Below are positions 40,873 through 49,952 of a DNA stretch of 64,000 nucleotides, piece by piece. The translations under genes were made by a program, and so were the position numbers. The DNA is taken from positions 113,402 through 177,401 of the forward strand of contig FR895148.1 of the NCBI GenBank assembly GCA_000435675.1. The letters run 5' to 3'. A model generated the notes under the pieces. It ran no database searches and had not been told where the DNA came from. It worked only from the letters and a program-made list of their open reading frames with translations. The stretch is from Eggerthella sp. CAG:298. Lineage in GTDB: Bacteria > Actinomycetota > Coriobacteriia > Coriobacteriales > Eggerthellaceae. How positions within the stretch are numbered: the stretch's first letter is position 1; each line of letters starts with the position of its first letter.

Positions 40873-41988
40873 TTAATGCTCGGTCTCGTACGGAATGGTG
40901 ATGGTGACCTTATCTGAGCCGGTGCGAATCTTCACATCATCGGAACGCTTGAGATAATAATGCTCCGCTAAGGCATCGAAAGCCTGCTCAAGCGCTTTCT
41001 CAAACGTCTCATAGTCCTCTGGTGAAAGCTTGAGCTTGCGCTGTTCAGCATAAAGGCTCTTAGATGAACCATTCTCAGCCGCAGAATCTTGAGATTCAGA
41101 GGGTTTCGCGCTCTGCTCTCCTTCAAAGGATAATTGCTCGATAAAGGGCTTGAGCGGAGCTATCTGATCGTCGAGGATGCGCCTGGCGCTACGCGAGGAA
41201 AGAGGCAATCCGATCTCGGCCGCGCGTTCGCTGAAGGTATCAGGATCGAAGATGTACTTCAAATAGTTGAGCACGGTTTCTCGCTCAGGATAAAGGTTCT
41301 TCGAACTAGACCCATCTTCGATCTCCTGCGTTGCCGGTTCGTAATGAGAAAGGGTCGCGGCGATCTCCACCGGGCTTCCAAGGAAGATATCAAGGCTTCC
41401 TTGAGAATCGAGAGCGAATTCCATCACGATGCGCGCGATATTGCGCGGACCACGCATGATCTGCTCTCCCCGCTCATTGATATGAATATAAGGAAGCGAA
41501 GATTGGTCGATGCGTTCAGACAGATGAGCCGTGAGCGCATGAAGCCCGAGAGAGGTGCCTGCATCACGCTCAGAGAAGAGCACGGAAGCTTCATCGACGT
41601 TTTCCTTGATAGAATAAAGCGCCATACCACGGCCGTGCACACCCCAGCGATCCTCGTGGAAGGTGTCGAGCTTCGAGGTGACAAAAGGCTCGAAAACCGT
41701 GGCATGCAAATGCTCTGGAATGCCTGATCCATCATCAAGGACCGTAAGATAGCGACACCCCTGCTCTTTCCAGCTTGCGATGAAGATGGCGCTTGCATGC
41801 GCATCACGCGAATTGCGGAGCAACTCGAGCACTACGTCCTCAAAACAGGTGATGTCCTGTTTAGCCTGACGTCGTTGCGCTTCTTTGGCGCGTAAACGAA
41901 CGAAGCCATCCCCGAGATTCTCTTGAACCCGGAGATAGCTTTCGCCCGTGATATCTTCTATGAATGATGAAAGGTCATCGGTGCTCAT
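40873..41988 (-). CDS. Orphan histidine-kinase-like (GHKL/HATPase_c) ATPase with uncharacterised C-terminal half
   Basis: HATPase_c motifs are present: N-box ELLRNSRDAHA, G1 DDGSGIP, F-box FEPFVTSK, G2 GRGMALYS. There is no DHp/HisKA domain, TM segment or receiver. C-terminal ~190 aa has no recognisable motif. Lies between rny and spoVS. Confidence 0.6.
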   Translation of the reverse strand: MSTDDLSSFIEDITGESYLRVQENLGDGFVRLRAKEAQRRQAKQDITCFEDVVLELLRNSRDAHASAIFIASWKEQGCRYLTVLDDGSGIPEHLHATVFEPFVTSKLDTFHEDRWGVHGRGMALYSIKENVDEASVLFSERDAGTSLGLHALTAHLSERIDQSSLPYIHINERGEQIMRGPRNIARIVMEFALDSQGSLDIFLGSPVEIAATLSHYEPATQEIEDGSSSKNLYPERETVLNYLKYIFDPDTFSERAAEIGLPLSSRSARRILDDQIAPLKPFIEQLSFEGEQSAKPSESQDSAAENGSSKSLYAEQRKLKLSPEDYETFEKALEQAFDALAEHYYLKRSDDVKIRTGSDKVTITIPYETEH

Positions 41989-42018
41989 GGTTACTACCGA
42001 AAGCGCTCTGCAAAAGCT

Positions 42019-43554
42019 TCACTTAGCAAAATCGACCGCACGTGTTTCGCGGATGACGACCACCTTGACCTGTCCAGGATATTTGGTTTCGCTCTGGATC
42101 TGCGCAGCGATGTCGTGAGCAAGGACCGTAGCACGCGCTTCATCGACCTTATCGGGCGTTACGATCACACGCACCTCGCGGCCTGCCTGGATCGCATGAG
42201 TCTGCTCAACACCATCATAGGAATTTGCGATCTCTTCGAGCTTCTCAAGGCGCTTGATGTAGGGTTCAAGGTTCTCCTTGCGCGCGCCTGGGCGTGCAGC
42301 TGAGACCGCGTCTGCTGCCTGCACAAGCACATCGATGACGCTAGTGGGCTCGATATCGTTGTGGTGCGCCTCGATCGCATGAACGATGGTGGCATCTTCA
42401 CCATAACGGCGAGCAAGATCAGCGCCGATGACCGCATGAGAGCCCTCGACCTCATGATCGATCGCTTTGCCAAGATCGTGAAGAAGACCCGCACGACGAG
42501 CAGGAACCGGATCGAGACCAAGCTCTGATGCCATGATGCCGCAGAGATAGGCAACTTCAAGAGAGTGCGTGAGCACGTTCTGCCCATACGAGGTGCGGTA
42601 ACGCAAACGACCGAGCGTCTTTTCTAGCTCGGGATGAAGGTCATGGATGCCGGTATCGAAGGTTGCCTGAGCAGCAGCTTCCTTGATCTGTTGATAGACG
42701 TACTTCTTAGCTTTGTTGTACATCTCTTCGATACGAGCGGGATGGATGCGCCCATCGGCGATGAGGTTCTGCATCGTAACGCTTGCGATCTCGCGGCGCA
42801 CCGGATCGTGCGAGGAAACAGTAACGCACTCAGGGGTATCGTCGATGATGAGATTCGTTCCCGTGATCTGCTCGAAAGAACGGATGTTGCGTCCTTCACG
42901 ACCGATGATGCGGCCCTTCAGGTCGTCTGAGGGGATATGGATCGTGGAGACGGTGATCTGCGTGGTGTAGTCTGCGGCGATGCGTTGGATCGCAAGACTC
43001 AAGATCTCACGCGCTTTCTTATCAGCTTCAGCACGCGTGCGCATTTCTGCATCACGGATGATGGTGGCAGATTCGTGAACCACCTCATCTTTCAAGCCAT
43101 CGAGAAGCTGAACCTTCGCTTCATCGCTCGTAAGACCAGCGATCTGCTCCAAACGCGCATTGATCTTCTTCTGTGAAACGTTCAGATCGTGCTGGCGCTT
43201 ATCAAGCTGACCCTGCAACGAAGAGATCTGATGTTCGCGCTTATCGATGAACTCGCTGCGCTTATCAAGATTCTCTTCGCGTTGAATGAGACGATTTTCC
43301 GTAGAGCGGATCTCTTTCATGCGCTCTTTGCTTTCGTTCTCCACATCTTGCTTGATCTTGAGTGCTTCATCCTTTGCTTCGACGAGCGCTTCGCGGCGCA
43401 TGTTTTCCGCTTCTCGCTGTGCATCGGAGACGATCGCTTGTGCTTCTTTTGCGGCAGCCTTGGAGCGACCTTTCTGAACCTTGAGCATCAAGAAATAACC
43501 GATGAGGAAGCCAACGATGATCGCAATTGCGGCTATGATGATAACCTCAAACAC
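42019..43554 (-). CDS. rny: Ribonuclease Y
   Basis: N-terminal TM helix, coiled-coil, KH domain and HD domain (HSLEVA...HDLGK). 511 aa. Confidence 0.92.
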   Translation of the reverse strand: MFEVIIIAAIAIIVGFLIGYFLMLKVQKGRSKAAAKEAQAIVSDAQREAENMRREALVEAKDEALKIKQDVENESKERMKEIRSTENRLIQREENLDKRSEFIDKREHQISSLQGQLDKRQHDLNVSQKKINARLEQIAGLTSDEAKVQLLDGLKDEVVHESATIIRDAEMRTRAEADKKAREILSLAIQRIAADYTTQITVSTIHIPSDDLKGRIIGREGRNIRSFEQITGTNLIIDDTPECVTVSSHDPVRREIASVTMQNLIADGRIHPARIEEMYNKAKKYVYQQIKEAAAQATFDTGIHDLHPELEKTLGRLRYRTSYGQNVLTHSLEVAYLCGIMASELGLDPVPARRAGLLHDLGKAIDHEVEGSHAVIGADLARRYGEDATIVHAIEAHHNDIEPTSVIDVLVQAADAVSAARPGARKENLEPYIKRLEKLEEIANSYDGVEQTHAIQAGREVRVIVTPDKVDEARATVLAHDIAAQIQSETKYPGQVKVVVIRETRAVDFAK

Positions 43555-43600
43555 AATTCTTCCTTCCTATTTTCCTGGTATAAACTGGTGTTTTGGCAAT

Positions 43601-43624
43601 AAAAAAGCCTAGTAACAACCAGGC
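43601..43624 (-). terminator. Weak terminator or attenuator downstream of recX, upstream of rny
   Basis: On the minus strand, GCCTGGTTGTTACTAGGC (6-bp stem with one G-U pair) is followed by TTTTTT. Confidence 0.35.
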
Positions 43625-43784
43625 ATGAGTACGCGCAAACACTTTGCGTATAGTGAAAGATATTTTCTGTTATATACAAAGCGTCTTGATGACGCGAAAA
43701 CTCAAGCTAAGAAAATGATAAAGGATAGGGCGCGTTTTGCCTAGCAGAAGAGCGCCCAAAGAGCGAGAACTCACGCAAAATGCA

Positions 43785-44375
43785 TTACTGCTCTTCCCGC
43801 TCTGCCATCCAAGTCTTGACCGCACTGCTTGCCACGCTTGACGAGAATCCATTGCGAATGAGCTCCGCGTAGGCCGCTTGCTTCTTGTTTTTCGCACGCG
43901 GTGGCTTACGCTCGAGCAGACGAATCGCGTTGTCGAGCTGGCTTCCCTGCTCTTCGAGAAAAACATCAGGAAAACCAGGGATGGCATAGGCATCGATCTG
44001 ATGGCCTTTCAGGTCACGCACGATGCCATTGATCCCTTTCGAAGCACGCAAGCGCATGCGAATGAAGCCTTCAGCGAAACGCGCATCGTCCAAATAGCCA
44101 CAGCGCAGAGCGCGCTCGAGCGATTCAGCGATCGCGCGCTCGGTATAATGATCGCGCTGGAGACGAGAACGGGTTTCGGTGACTGAACGATCACGTACCG
44201 CAAGCAAGCGCTCGATCTTCCCAAAAGCAGCATTCGCATTGTCGTTGTATTCATCGCGTGCTTCATTTACATGCGGCGAGCGCGCAGGAACGGTACCATC
44301 GCTAGCGCTCGATGGCAATGAGGGCTCCTGCTCGCGTAAAAGGTTCTTTTGGATGTAATCCTTATCGATGAGCAT
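43785..44375 (-). CDS. recX: Recombination regulator RecX
   Basis: RecX three-helix repeat architecture, 22 nt downstream of recA. 196 aa with an N-terminal low-complexity stretch. Confidence 0.85.
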   Translation of the reverse strand: MLIDKDYIQKNLLREQEPSLPSSASDGTVPARSPHVNEARDEYNDNANAAFGKIERLLAVRDRSVTETRSRLQRDHYTERAIAESLERALRCGYLDDARFAEGFIRMRLRASKGINGIVRDLKGHQIDAYAIPGFPDVFLEEQGSQLDNAIRLLERKPPRAKNKKQAAYAELIRNGFSSSVASSAVKTWMAEREEQ

Positions 44376-44396
44376 ACGTCTGCCTTAGGTGCACGT

Positions 44397-45446
44397 TTAT
44401 TCGCTCTGAGCCTGCTGCGCTGAAGCGGCCTCAGGCGCTGCTTCAGCGCAATCGATCGCAGGAAGATCGAAATGTTGACGAACCTTGTTTTCGATTTCGT
44501 TGCGAAGATCGGGGTTTTCTTGCAGCGTGCGTTTAGCCGCATCGCGCCCTTGACCGAGACGCTCTTCACCATAGTTGAACCAGGAACCGCTCTTATTCAC
44601 GATGCCAGCTTCCACGCCCATATCGAGCACGCAGCCTTCTTTTGAAATGCCTTCACCATACATGAGGTCGAATTCTGCTTGACGGAAAGGTGGTGCGACC
44701 TTGTTCTTGACGATCTTCGCACGTACGCGATTACCGATGAATTCACCATCTTTCTTCATGGATTCGATGCGGCGGATATCGATGCGTACGGAAGAGTAGA
44801 ACTTGAGCGCACGGCCACCCGTAGTGGTTTCGGGGCTTCCGAACATGACACCGATCTTCTCGCGTAACTGGTTGATGAAGATGCAGGTGGTATTAGATTT
44901 AGAAAGAGAACCCGTGAGCTTGCGCAGCGCTTGGCTCATAAGACGTGCTTGCAGACCGACCGTGGCATCACCCATTTCGCCCTCGATCTCGGCACGTGGC
45001 ACCAAAGCTGCGACCGAGTCGATGACCACGCAATCGATCGTGCCGCTGCGAACGAGCAAGTCGCAGATCTCGAGCGCCTGCTCGCCAGTATCGGGTTGCG
45101 AGATGAGCAGCTCATCGACATCGACACCAAGGCGCGCTGCATAGACAGGATCGAGCGCATGTTCGGCATCGATGAAGGCAACGATGCCTCCCGCTGCTTG
45201 CGCTTCAGCGATGATATGAAGTGCGACCGTGGTCTTACCGCTTGATTCGGGGCCATAGATCTCAACGATCCTGCCACGGGGCACTCCACCAATGCCAAGG
45301 GCGACATCGAGTGGCAGTGCTCCTGTGGGGATAGCCTCAACATTGAGGGCCGTGCTTTCACCAAGGCGCATGATCGCACCTTTGCCGAACTTCTTCTCGA
45401 TCTCGTCAGTAGTGATTTTAAGCGTGGATTCTTTATCCTTGATCAT
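44397..45446 (-). CDS. recA: Recombinase RecA
   Basis: Walker [10 protein letters not shown], RecA L1/L2 loops and a C-terminal acidic tail. 349 aa. Confidence 0.95.
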   Translation of the reverse strand: MIKDKESTLKITTDEIEKKFGKGAIMRLGESTALNVEAIPTGALPLDVALGIGGVPRGRIVEIYGPESSGKTTVALHIIAEAQAAGGIVAFIDAEHALDPVYAARLGVDVDELLISQPDTGEQALEICDLLVRSGTIDCVVIDSVAALVPRAEIEGEMGDATVGLQARLMSQALRKLTGSLSKSNTTCIFINQLREKIGVMFGSPETTTGGRALKFYSSVRIDIRRIESMKKDGEFIGNRVRAKIVKNKVAPPFRQAEFDLMYGEGISKEGCVLDMGVEAGIVNKSGSWFNYGEERLGQGRDAAKRTLQENPDLRNEIENKVRQHFDLPAIDCAEAAPEAASAQQAQSE

Positions 45447-45490
45447 TGGTTCTCCTTATCAGAACACGAAGTGATACTTACAAGATAACC

Positions 45491-45502
45491 GAACACCTGT
45501 TC
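45491..45502. promoter_or_regulatory. LexA (Cheo-type) box GAACACCTGTTC upstream of recA
   Basis: Perfect CGAAC-N4-GTTCG dyad about 45 nt upstream of the recA start, in an AT-rich promoter region. Confidence 0.7.
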
Positions 45503-45671
45503 GATTTCAATATCTCTATCTGAAATAATAGAAAGGAAACCTTATATTTTTTTGAACTTTATTTGATGTTTATTTTCGAGCGAACTCACGTAAAACTCAA
45601 ATTTGTTCGAACTTTGACGAAGTGACCACTATTCGGCGAACGAGCAACGAGTCCTTCATCCAATGAACGCC

Positions 45672-46880
45672 CTAAAGAGCGGCGAGCTCATCTTCGAAGA
45701 GCATGAGCGCATGAGCCACGGTCTGTTCGCGCACGCTCGCGCGATCCCCTGCAAAATGCATGACCTCCGCCCGGCTTCCCCGAGGGCTATCGACACCGAA
45801 CCAAACGGTACCGACAGGCTTCTCAGGCGAGCCACCACCTGGTCCTGCAACTCCGGTTACCGCAACGGCAACCGTGGTGGAAAGAGCGCTGCGTGAACCC
45901 TGCGCCATCTGGATGGCCACCGGTTCGCTCACTGCTCCGTAGTGTTCAAGGTCTGAAGCGCTCACGTTGAGCAAGTGGTGCTTGACCTCATTCGAATAGC
46001 TCACCACACCGCCCTCAACAACAGAAGAGCTTCCCGGAACTGCGGTAAGAGAGCCCGCGATCAAGCCACCCGTGCAGCTTTCTGCGGTAGAGAGCTTGGC
46101 GCCTTTCTCTAGAGCGAGCACGATCAACGCCGCTGCACGCGCGATGATCTCATCAGAGAGAACAACAGGGTCTTCGCTCGCTGCCTCAGCGTCATCGATC
46201 TTGCCTTCACCGGGAACGAAGCGCAGGATAGAGCGACATTTCGCCAGATAATCGAGCATCGAGATAACGGTGAGCACAAGCGCGATGATCATGACGATCC
46301 ACGAAACAACATAGAGCGGCGTCTCGATCGCTGGCGTGGAGATGAAGGGCTCGGAATCCTTGATGATGAAGAGCAGGATCGCGATGATCTGGAAGACGGT
46401 CTTTGCCTTGCCATACCAACTTGCTGCGATGACCACCCCTTCAGAAGCAGCAAGCATGCGCAGGCCCGATACGATGAATTCGCGCGTGAGGATGATGAGC
46501 GCGACCCACGAAGGCAAGATCTGGAGCTCGCATAATGCAAGGAGCGCCGCAGCAACAAGGATCTTGTCAGCCAGCGGATCCATGAACTTGCCGAAGTTCG
46601 TCACCTCTCCCCTGCTGCGCGCAAGATAGCCATCGAGCGCATCGGTGCAGGCGAGCACCACGAACAGAAGCGCCGCAAGCCAAGGCTTCAGCAGCTCGGC
46701 CTCGTTCCAGTCTGGGAACCATGTTGGCCAAGGACTCACGCAGGCAACGAAGAACACCGGCACGAGCAAGATACGGATGAGCGTGACGATATTGGCAGGC
46801 GTCCAGATCGTCGTAGGAGCTGCAGGTTGTGAAGAAGCGTTATCGCGCACGCGAACCCTCCATTTCGTAGTAGAGCACAT
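45672..46880 (-). CDS. pgsA: Fusion protein: CDP-alcohol phosphatidyltransferase (PgsA-like) N-terminal domain + CinA C-terminal (PncC, NMN deamidase-like) domain
   Basis: N-terminal ~200 aa carry the CDP-OH transferase motif DALDGYLARSRGEVTNFGKFMDPLADK and TM helices. The C-terminal ~165 aa match the CinA_C/PncC domain (TAESCTGGLIAG...VAVTGVAGPGG). One uninterrupted ORF. The annotated start overlaps rimO by 41 nt, so the true start is probably downstream. Confidence 0.8.
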   Translation of the reverse strand: MCSTTKWRVRVRDNASSQPAAPTTIWTPANIVTLIRILLVPVFFVACVSPWPTWFPDWNEAELLKPWLAALLFVVLACTDALDGYLARSRGEVTNFGKFMDPLADKILVAAALLALCELQILPSWVALIILTREFIVSGLRMLAASEGVVIAASWYGKAKTVFQIIAILLFIIKDSEPFISTPAIETPLYVVSWIVMIIALVLTVISMLDYLAKCRSILRFVPGEGKIDDAEAASEDPVVLSDEIIARAAALIVLALEKGAKLSTAESCTGGLIAGSLTAVPGSSSVVEGGVVSYSNEVKHHLLNVSASDLEHYGAVSEPVAIQMAQGSRSALSTTVAVAVTGVAGPGGGSPEKPVGTVWFGVDSPRGSRAEVMHFAGDRASVREQTVAHALMLFEDELAAL

Positions 46881-48195
46881 CTTCGATCATGATCGGAACG
46901 ACCTCGCCAACCTTTCCTTCGTCGATGAACGTGACCCCATCGACATCGGGCGCTTGATAGGCGCTTCGTCCGAACAGCGCACCATCTTCTTCTTGCCCTA
47001 GCACGAGTACATCGACTTCTTTGCCAACAAAGCGTGCAAGGGAAGTTTGCGAAACACTATCGGCAAGATCGCGCAACGTACGCAAGCGCTCGAGCTTAGT
47101 CTCCTCATCGATCTGATCAGGAAGCACAGCAGCCTTGGTTCCCTCTTCAGGCGAATACGCGAAGACGCCCACATAATCGAAGTCAGCGTCTGAAACGAAG
47201 TCGCAAAGCGCTTCGAATTGCTCATCGGTCTCACCGGGAAAGCCTACGATGAAGGTAGTACGCAGGGCGATGAGCGGGAACTTCGAGTGGATAAGGGCAA
47301 GAAGTTCCTGGAACTCTTCGCGCGAACCGCGACGATTCATCGCTTTGAGCAGATCAGCATCGACATGCTGGAGCGGAATATCGAGATAGTTACAGATATT
47401 CTCATGCGCCACCATGACATCGAGTAGCTCTTCATCAACATGTTCGGGTTGAATGTAGAGCACGCGAAACCAGGTGGTAGGAAACGCAGAAGCAAGGCTG
47501 TCGAGCAGCCAAGCAAGACTACGCTTTGGCTCAAGATCGCTCCCCCAGATGCCGGTATCTTGTGCGATGAGCACGATCTCTTGCGTGCCTTGGCGAACGA
47601 GCTGCGCAATTTCAGCATGGATGGTTTCGTAAGAAAAGCTGTGATAGCGACCACGAATGAAAGGAATCGCACAGAACGAGCAGAAACGATTGCAGCCATC
47701 GGATATCTTCACATATTCACTTCGGCCTGCATTCAATCGCGGTGGATTAGCTGAAGCATCACATGCGTCTTCGCACGTGGGATCGCCAAACAACTGATCG
47801 AGCTTCATGGCGATCGAGTTTTCTTCGGCGCAAGGGACGAAAAGATCGGGTTCGGTCAATTCCTCGATGAGCTCTTCGCCAAAACGCGCAGGAAGGCAGC
47901 CGGAAACGACCAGTTTCGTACGACCGCTCTCCACAGAAGGAAGGCTCGCAACATCGAAGATGACATCCAAGTTCTCTTCGATCGCCTCACGCAAGAACGA
48001 ACAGGTATTGACGATGATCGCATCGAGCGCTTCAGTAGTGCAACCATTGCCGTCTTCAGCTTCTTCGAGCAGCTCCTGATCGACTACCTCGTAACCCGCC
48101 TGCGCGAGACGTGCAGCCATATGAGCCGAATCGACTTCGTTCTTCGCACACCCCAACGTGATGAACGAAACTCTTTTTTGAGAAGTTCCCTGCAT
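46840..48195 (-). CDS. rimO: Ribosomal protein S12 methylthiotransferase (radical SAM MTTase, RimO-like)
   Basis: UPF0004 domain (ITLGCAKNEVDS), radical SAM motif CNRFCSFC and a C-terminal TRAM domain. Assignment to RimO rather than the other MTTases is by domain order and context. Confidence 0.75.
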   Translation of the reverse strand: MQGTSQKRVSFITLGCAKNEVDSAHMAARLAQAGYEVVDQELLEEAEDGNGCTTEALDAIIVNTCSFLREAIEENLDVIFDVASLPSVESGRTKLVVSGCLPARFGEELIEELTEPDLFVPCAEENSIAMKLDQLFGDPTCEDACDASANPPRLNAGRSEYVKISDGCNRFCSFCAIPFIRGRYHSFSYETIHAEIAQLVRQGTQEIVLIAQDTGIWGSDLEPKRSLAWLLDSLASAFPTTWFRVLYIQPEHVDEELLDVMVAHENICNYLDIPLQHVDADLLKAMNRRGSREEFQELLALIHSKFPLIALRTTFIVGFPGETDEQFEALCDFVSDADFDYVGVFAYSPEEGTKAAVLPDQIDEETKLERLRTLRDLADSVSQTSLARFVGKEVDVLVLGQEEDGALFGRSAYQAPDVDGVTFIDEGKVGEVVPIMIEDVLYYEMEGSRAR

Positions 48196-48692
48196 TAGCG
48201 ATAGTTGGTGAACTGAAGCGGCTGGCCGTAATCTTGTTCCTTGAGAAAAGCGATCACTTCCTGGAGCGTATCGAGCTTAGGCCCAGAAACGCGAAGCTTA
48301 TCACCTTCAATGGTGACCTTTACCTTGAGCTTGGTCGCCTTGATATCCTTATTGATCTTACCAGCGGTTTCTTTGTCGATCCCATCTACGATAGAAGCGG
48401 TTTGCTTGACCGTTCCACCAGAAGCAGCTTCAACTTTGCCCCAATTCACCGCTCCTAGGTCGATCCCACGCTTGATGAGCTTCGAAGAGATGATATCGAT
48501 CACTTGCTTAGCAACGAAATCGCTCGGTGCGCTTACCGTGAGCGTCTTATTGGCTTTATCGAGAGAGATCGATGCACCAGAATCTTTAAGGTCGTAGCGC
48601 TGAGCGATCTCCTTCTTTGCCTGCCCGAACGCATTGTCGACTTCCTGGATATCGACCTGTGATACTACATCGAAACTTGAGTCTTTTGCCAT
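48195..48692 (-). CDS. yajQ: YajQ-family nucleotide-binding protein (UPF0234)
   Basis: 165-aa ORF with the characteristic YajQ two-repeat pattern (SFDVVS.VD.QEV.NA...KDS...). Confidence 0.85.
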   Translation of the reverse strand: MAKDSSFDVVSQVDIQEVDNAFGQAKKEIAQRYDLKDSGASISLDKANKTLTVSAPSDFVAKQVIDIISSKLIKRGIDLGAVNWGKVEAASGGTVKQTASIVDGIDKETAGKINKDIKATKLKVKVTIEGDKLRVSGPKLDTLQEVIAFLKEQDYGQPLQFTNYR

Positions 48693-48726
48693 GATGTTCC
48701 TTTCATAGTAAAGAGTTGTGAGCGCG

Positions 48727-49935
48727 CTATTCGCTCGTACGTGAAGATCCCGAAGAGGATCCCGATGAAGATGACGAAGAAGAGCTGCCTGAGCTTGAGC
48801 TGGAAGAACCTGAAGAGCTTGAAGAATCTCCCCTAGTGCTCGCCGTAGGTGTCGTGCCCGAAGTGGAGCTTTGAGGACGCTGAACCTCAGGGTGATCAGC
48901 GTACCACTTGTTCAAGATCTCGTTGAAGTTGAACGAGACGCTCGCAACACCGCGGCTATTCTCTTCAAGCGTTTGCTCCACTCCGTCTACCTTGAGAACG
49001 AGGTTGTTCGGATTGGAGGTAACGAACTTGATGTTGCCAGAGCTCGTATAGGTCTGCGTTGCCTGCCCGCGCACATCGCCCGCCTCCTTTGTGGAGCCAT
49101 CGACGATCACTTCGATATAGGCTTCCTTGCCTGCAGGTACTTCATAGGAAAGGGTGAAGTCGGTCGGTGCGACTGCTTGAGGCTCTTGGCTAGCCTGATC
49201 ATCGCCGTTCTCTTGGCTCTCGATTCCCGTAACAGGGATGTTCTGAACATCGTTTTGATTGTTCGAGCAGGACACGATGGAGACGATAACGACGATGAGG
49301 ATGATGATAACGACCGCTGCACCGATGATGATAGGCATACGATTGCGCGGCGCATGCCCCATGCCGCGTGAAGGGTTCGCATAGAGGTTCACGTATTTTC
49401 CATCAGGGATCGCTTCACGTCGTGCAGGATGCAGCTGCGGATCATCGCTACGGCTTTGACGCGCTTGAGCACGAGCGCGTACTTCTGCCATATGATCGTT
49501 GTCATCGGGCATATCGGAATAGATGCGCCTTCCACTGCGCGTGGTGTCGCCATCGTTGACGCGCTGGCGATTCGAAGAGACCGCTTTGAATTGGTTGGTT
49601 GGCTGGCGCTTTCCCGGGCGCGAGGTAGCTCGCGAGGTGTTCTGATGCATGTAGCGGTTCTCGATCGCATTCTGGTGAGCACGACCTATCTGGTTAGCGT
49701 AGCTCTCGTCAAGATACATGCGGGTAACATCATTCGCATTCAGACCAAGGAAACGCGCATAGGCATTGATCATGTTGCGCGAATAGCCACGTGGAGGCAT
49801 GCGATCGAAATCGCTGTTCTCAATTGCCTCTAAGATATCGGGACGGATACGCAGGCGACGAGACACCGCATTGAGCTCGTACCCTTTCGAGATGCGCGCC
49901 TCTTTGAGCACGCTACCAAAGCTTATATGGTTCAC
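48727..49935 (-). CDS. rodZ: RodZ-like cytoskeleton protein (HTH_XRE + TM + DUF4115) with poly-Ser/Gly C-terminal tail
   Basis: N-terminal XRE HTH (FGSVLKEARISKGYELNAVSRRLRIRPDILEAIE), a TM helix (IIGAAVVIIILIVVIVSIV) and a C-terminal DUF4115-like beta domain. The tail is SSSSGSSSSSSGSSSSSSSSGSSSGSS. Confidence 0.7.
   Translation of the reverse strand: MNHISFGSVLKEARISKGYELNAVSRRLRIRPDILEAIENSDFDRMPPRGYSRNMINAYARFLGLNANDVTRMYLDESYANQIGRAHQNAIENRYMHQNTSRATSRPGKRQPTNQFKAVSSNRQRVNDGDTTRSGRRIYSDMPDDNDHMAEVRARAQARQSRSDDPQLHPARREAIPDGKYVNLYANPSRGMGHAPRNRMPIIIGAAVVIIILIVVIVSIVSCSNNQNDVQNIPVTGIESQENGDDQASQEPQAVAPTDFTLSYEVPAGKEAYIEVIVDGSTKEAGDVRGQATQTYTSSGNIKFVTSNPNNLVLKVDGVEQTLEENSRGVASVSFNFNEILNKWYADHPEVQRPQSSTSGTTPTASTRGDSSSSSGSSSSSSGSSSSSSSSGSSSGSSRTSE
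48742..48836. repeat. GA-rich simple-sequence tract (GAAGA/GAGCT units) encoding the poly-Ser tail of the RodZ-like protein
   Basis: Directly visible low-complexity purine-rich run on the plus strand. Confidence 0.6.
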
Positions 49936-49952
49936 GGTAACCCTCCCAGTAG

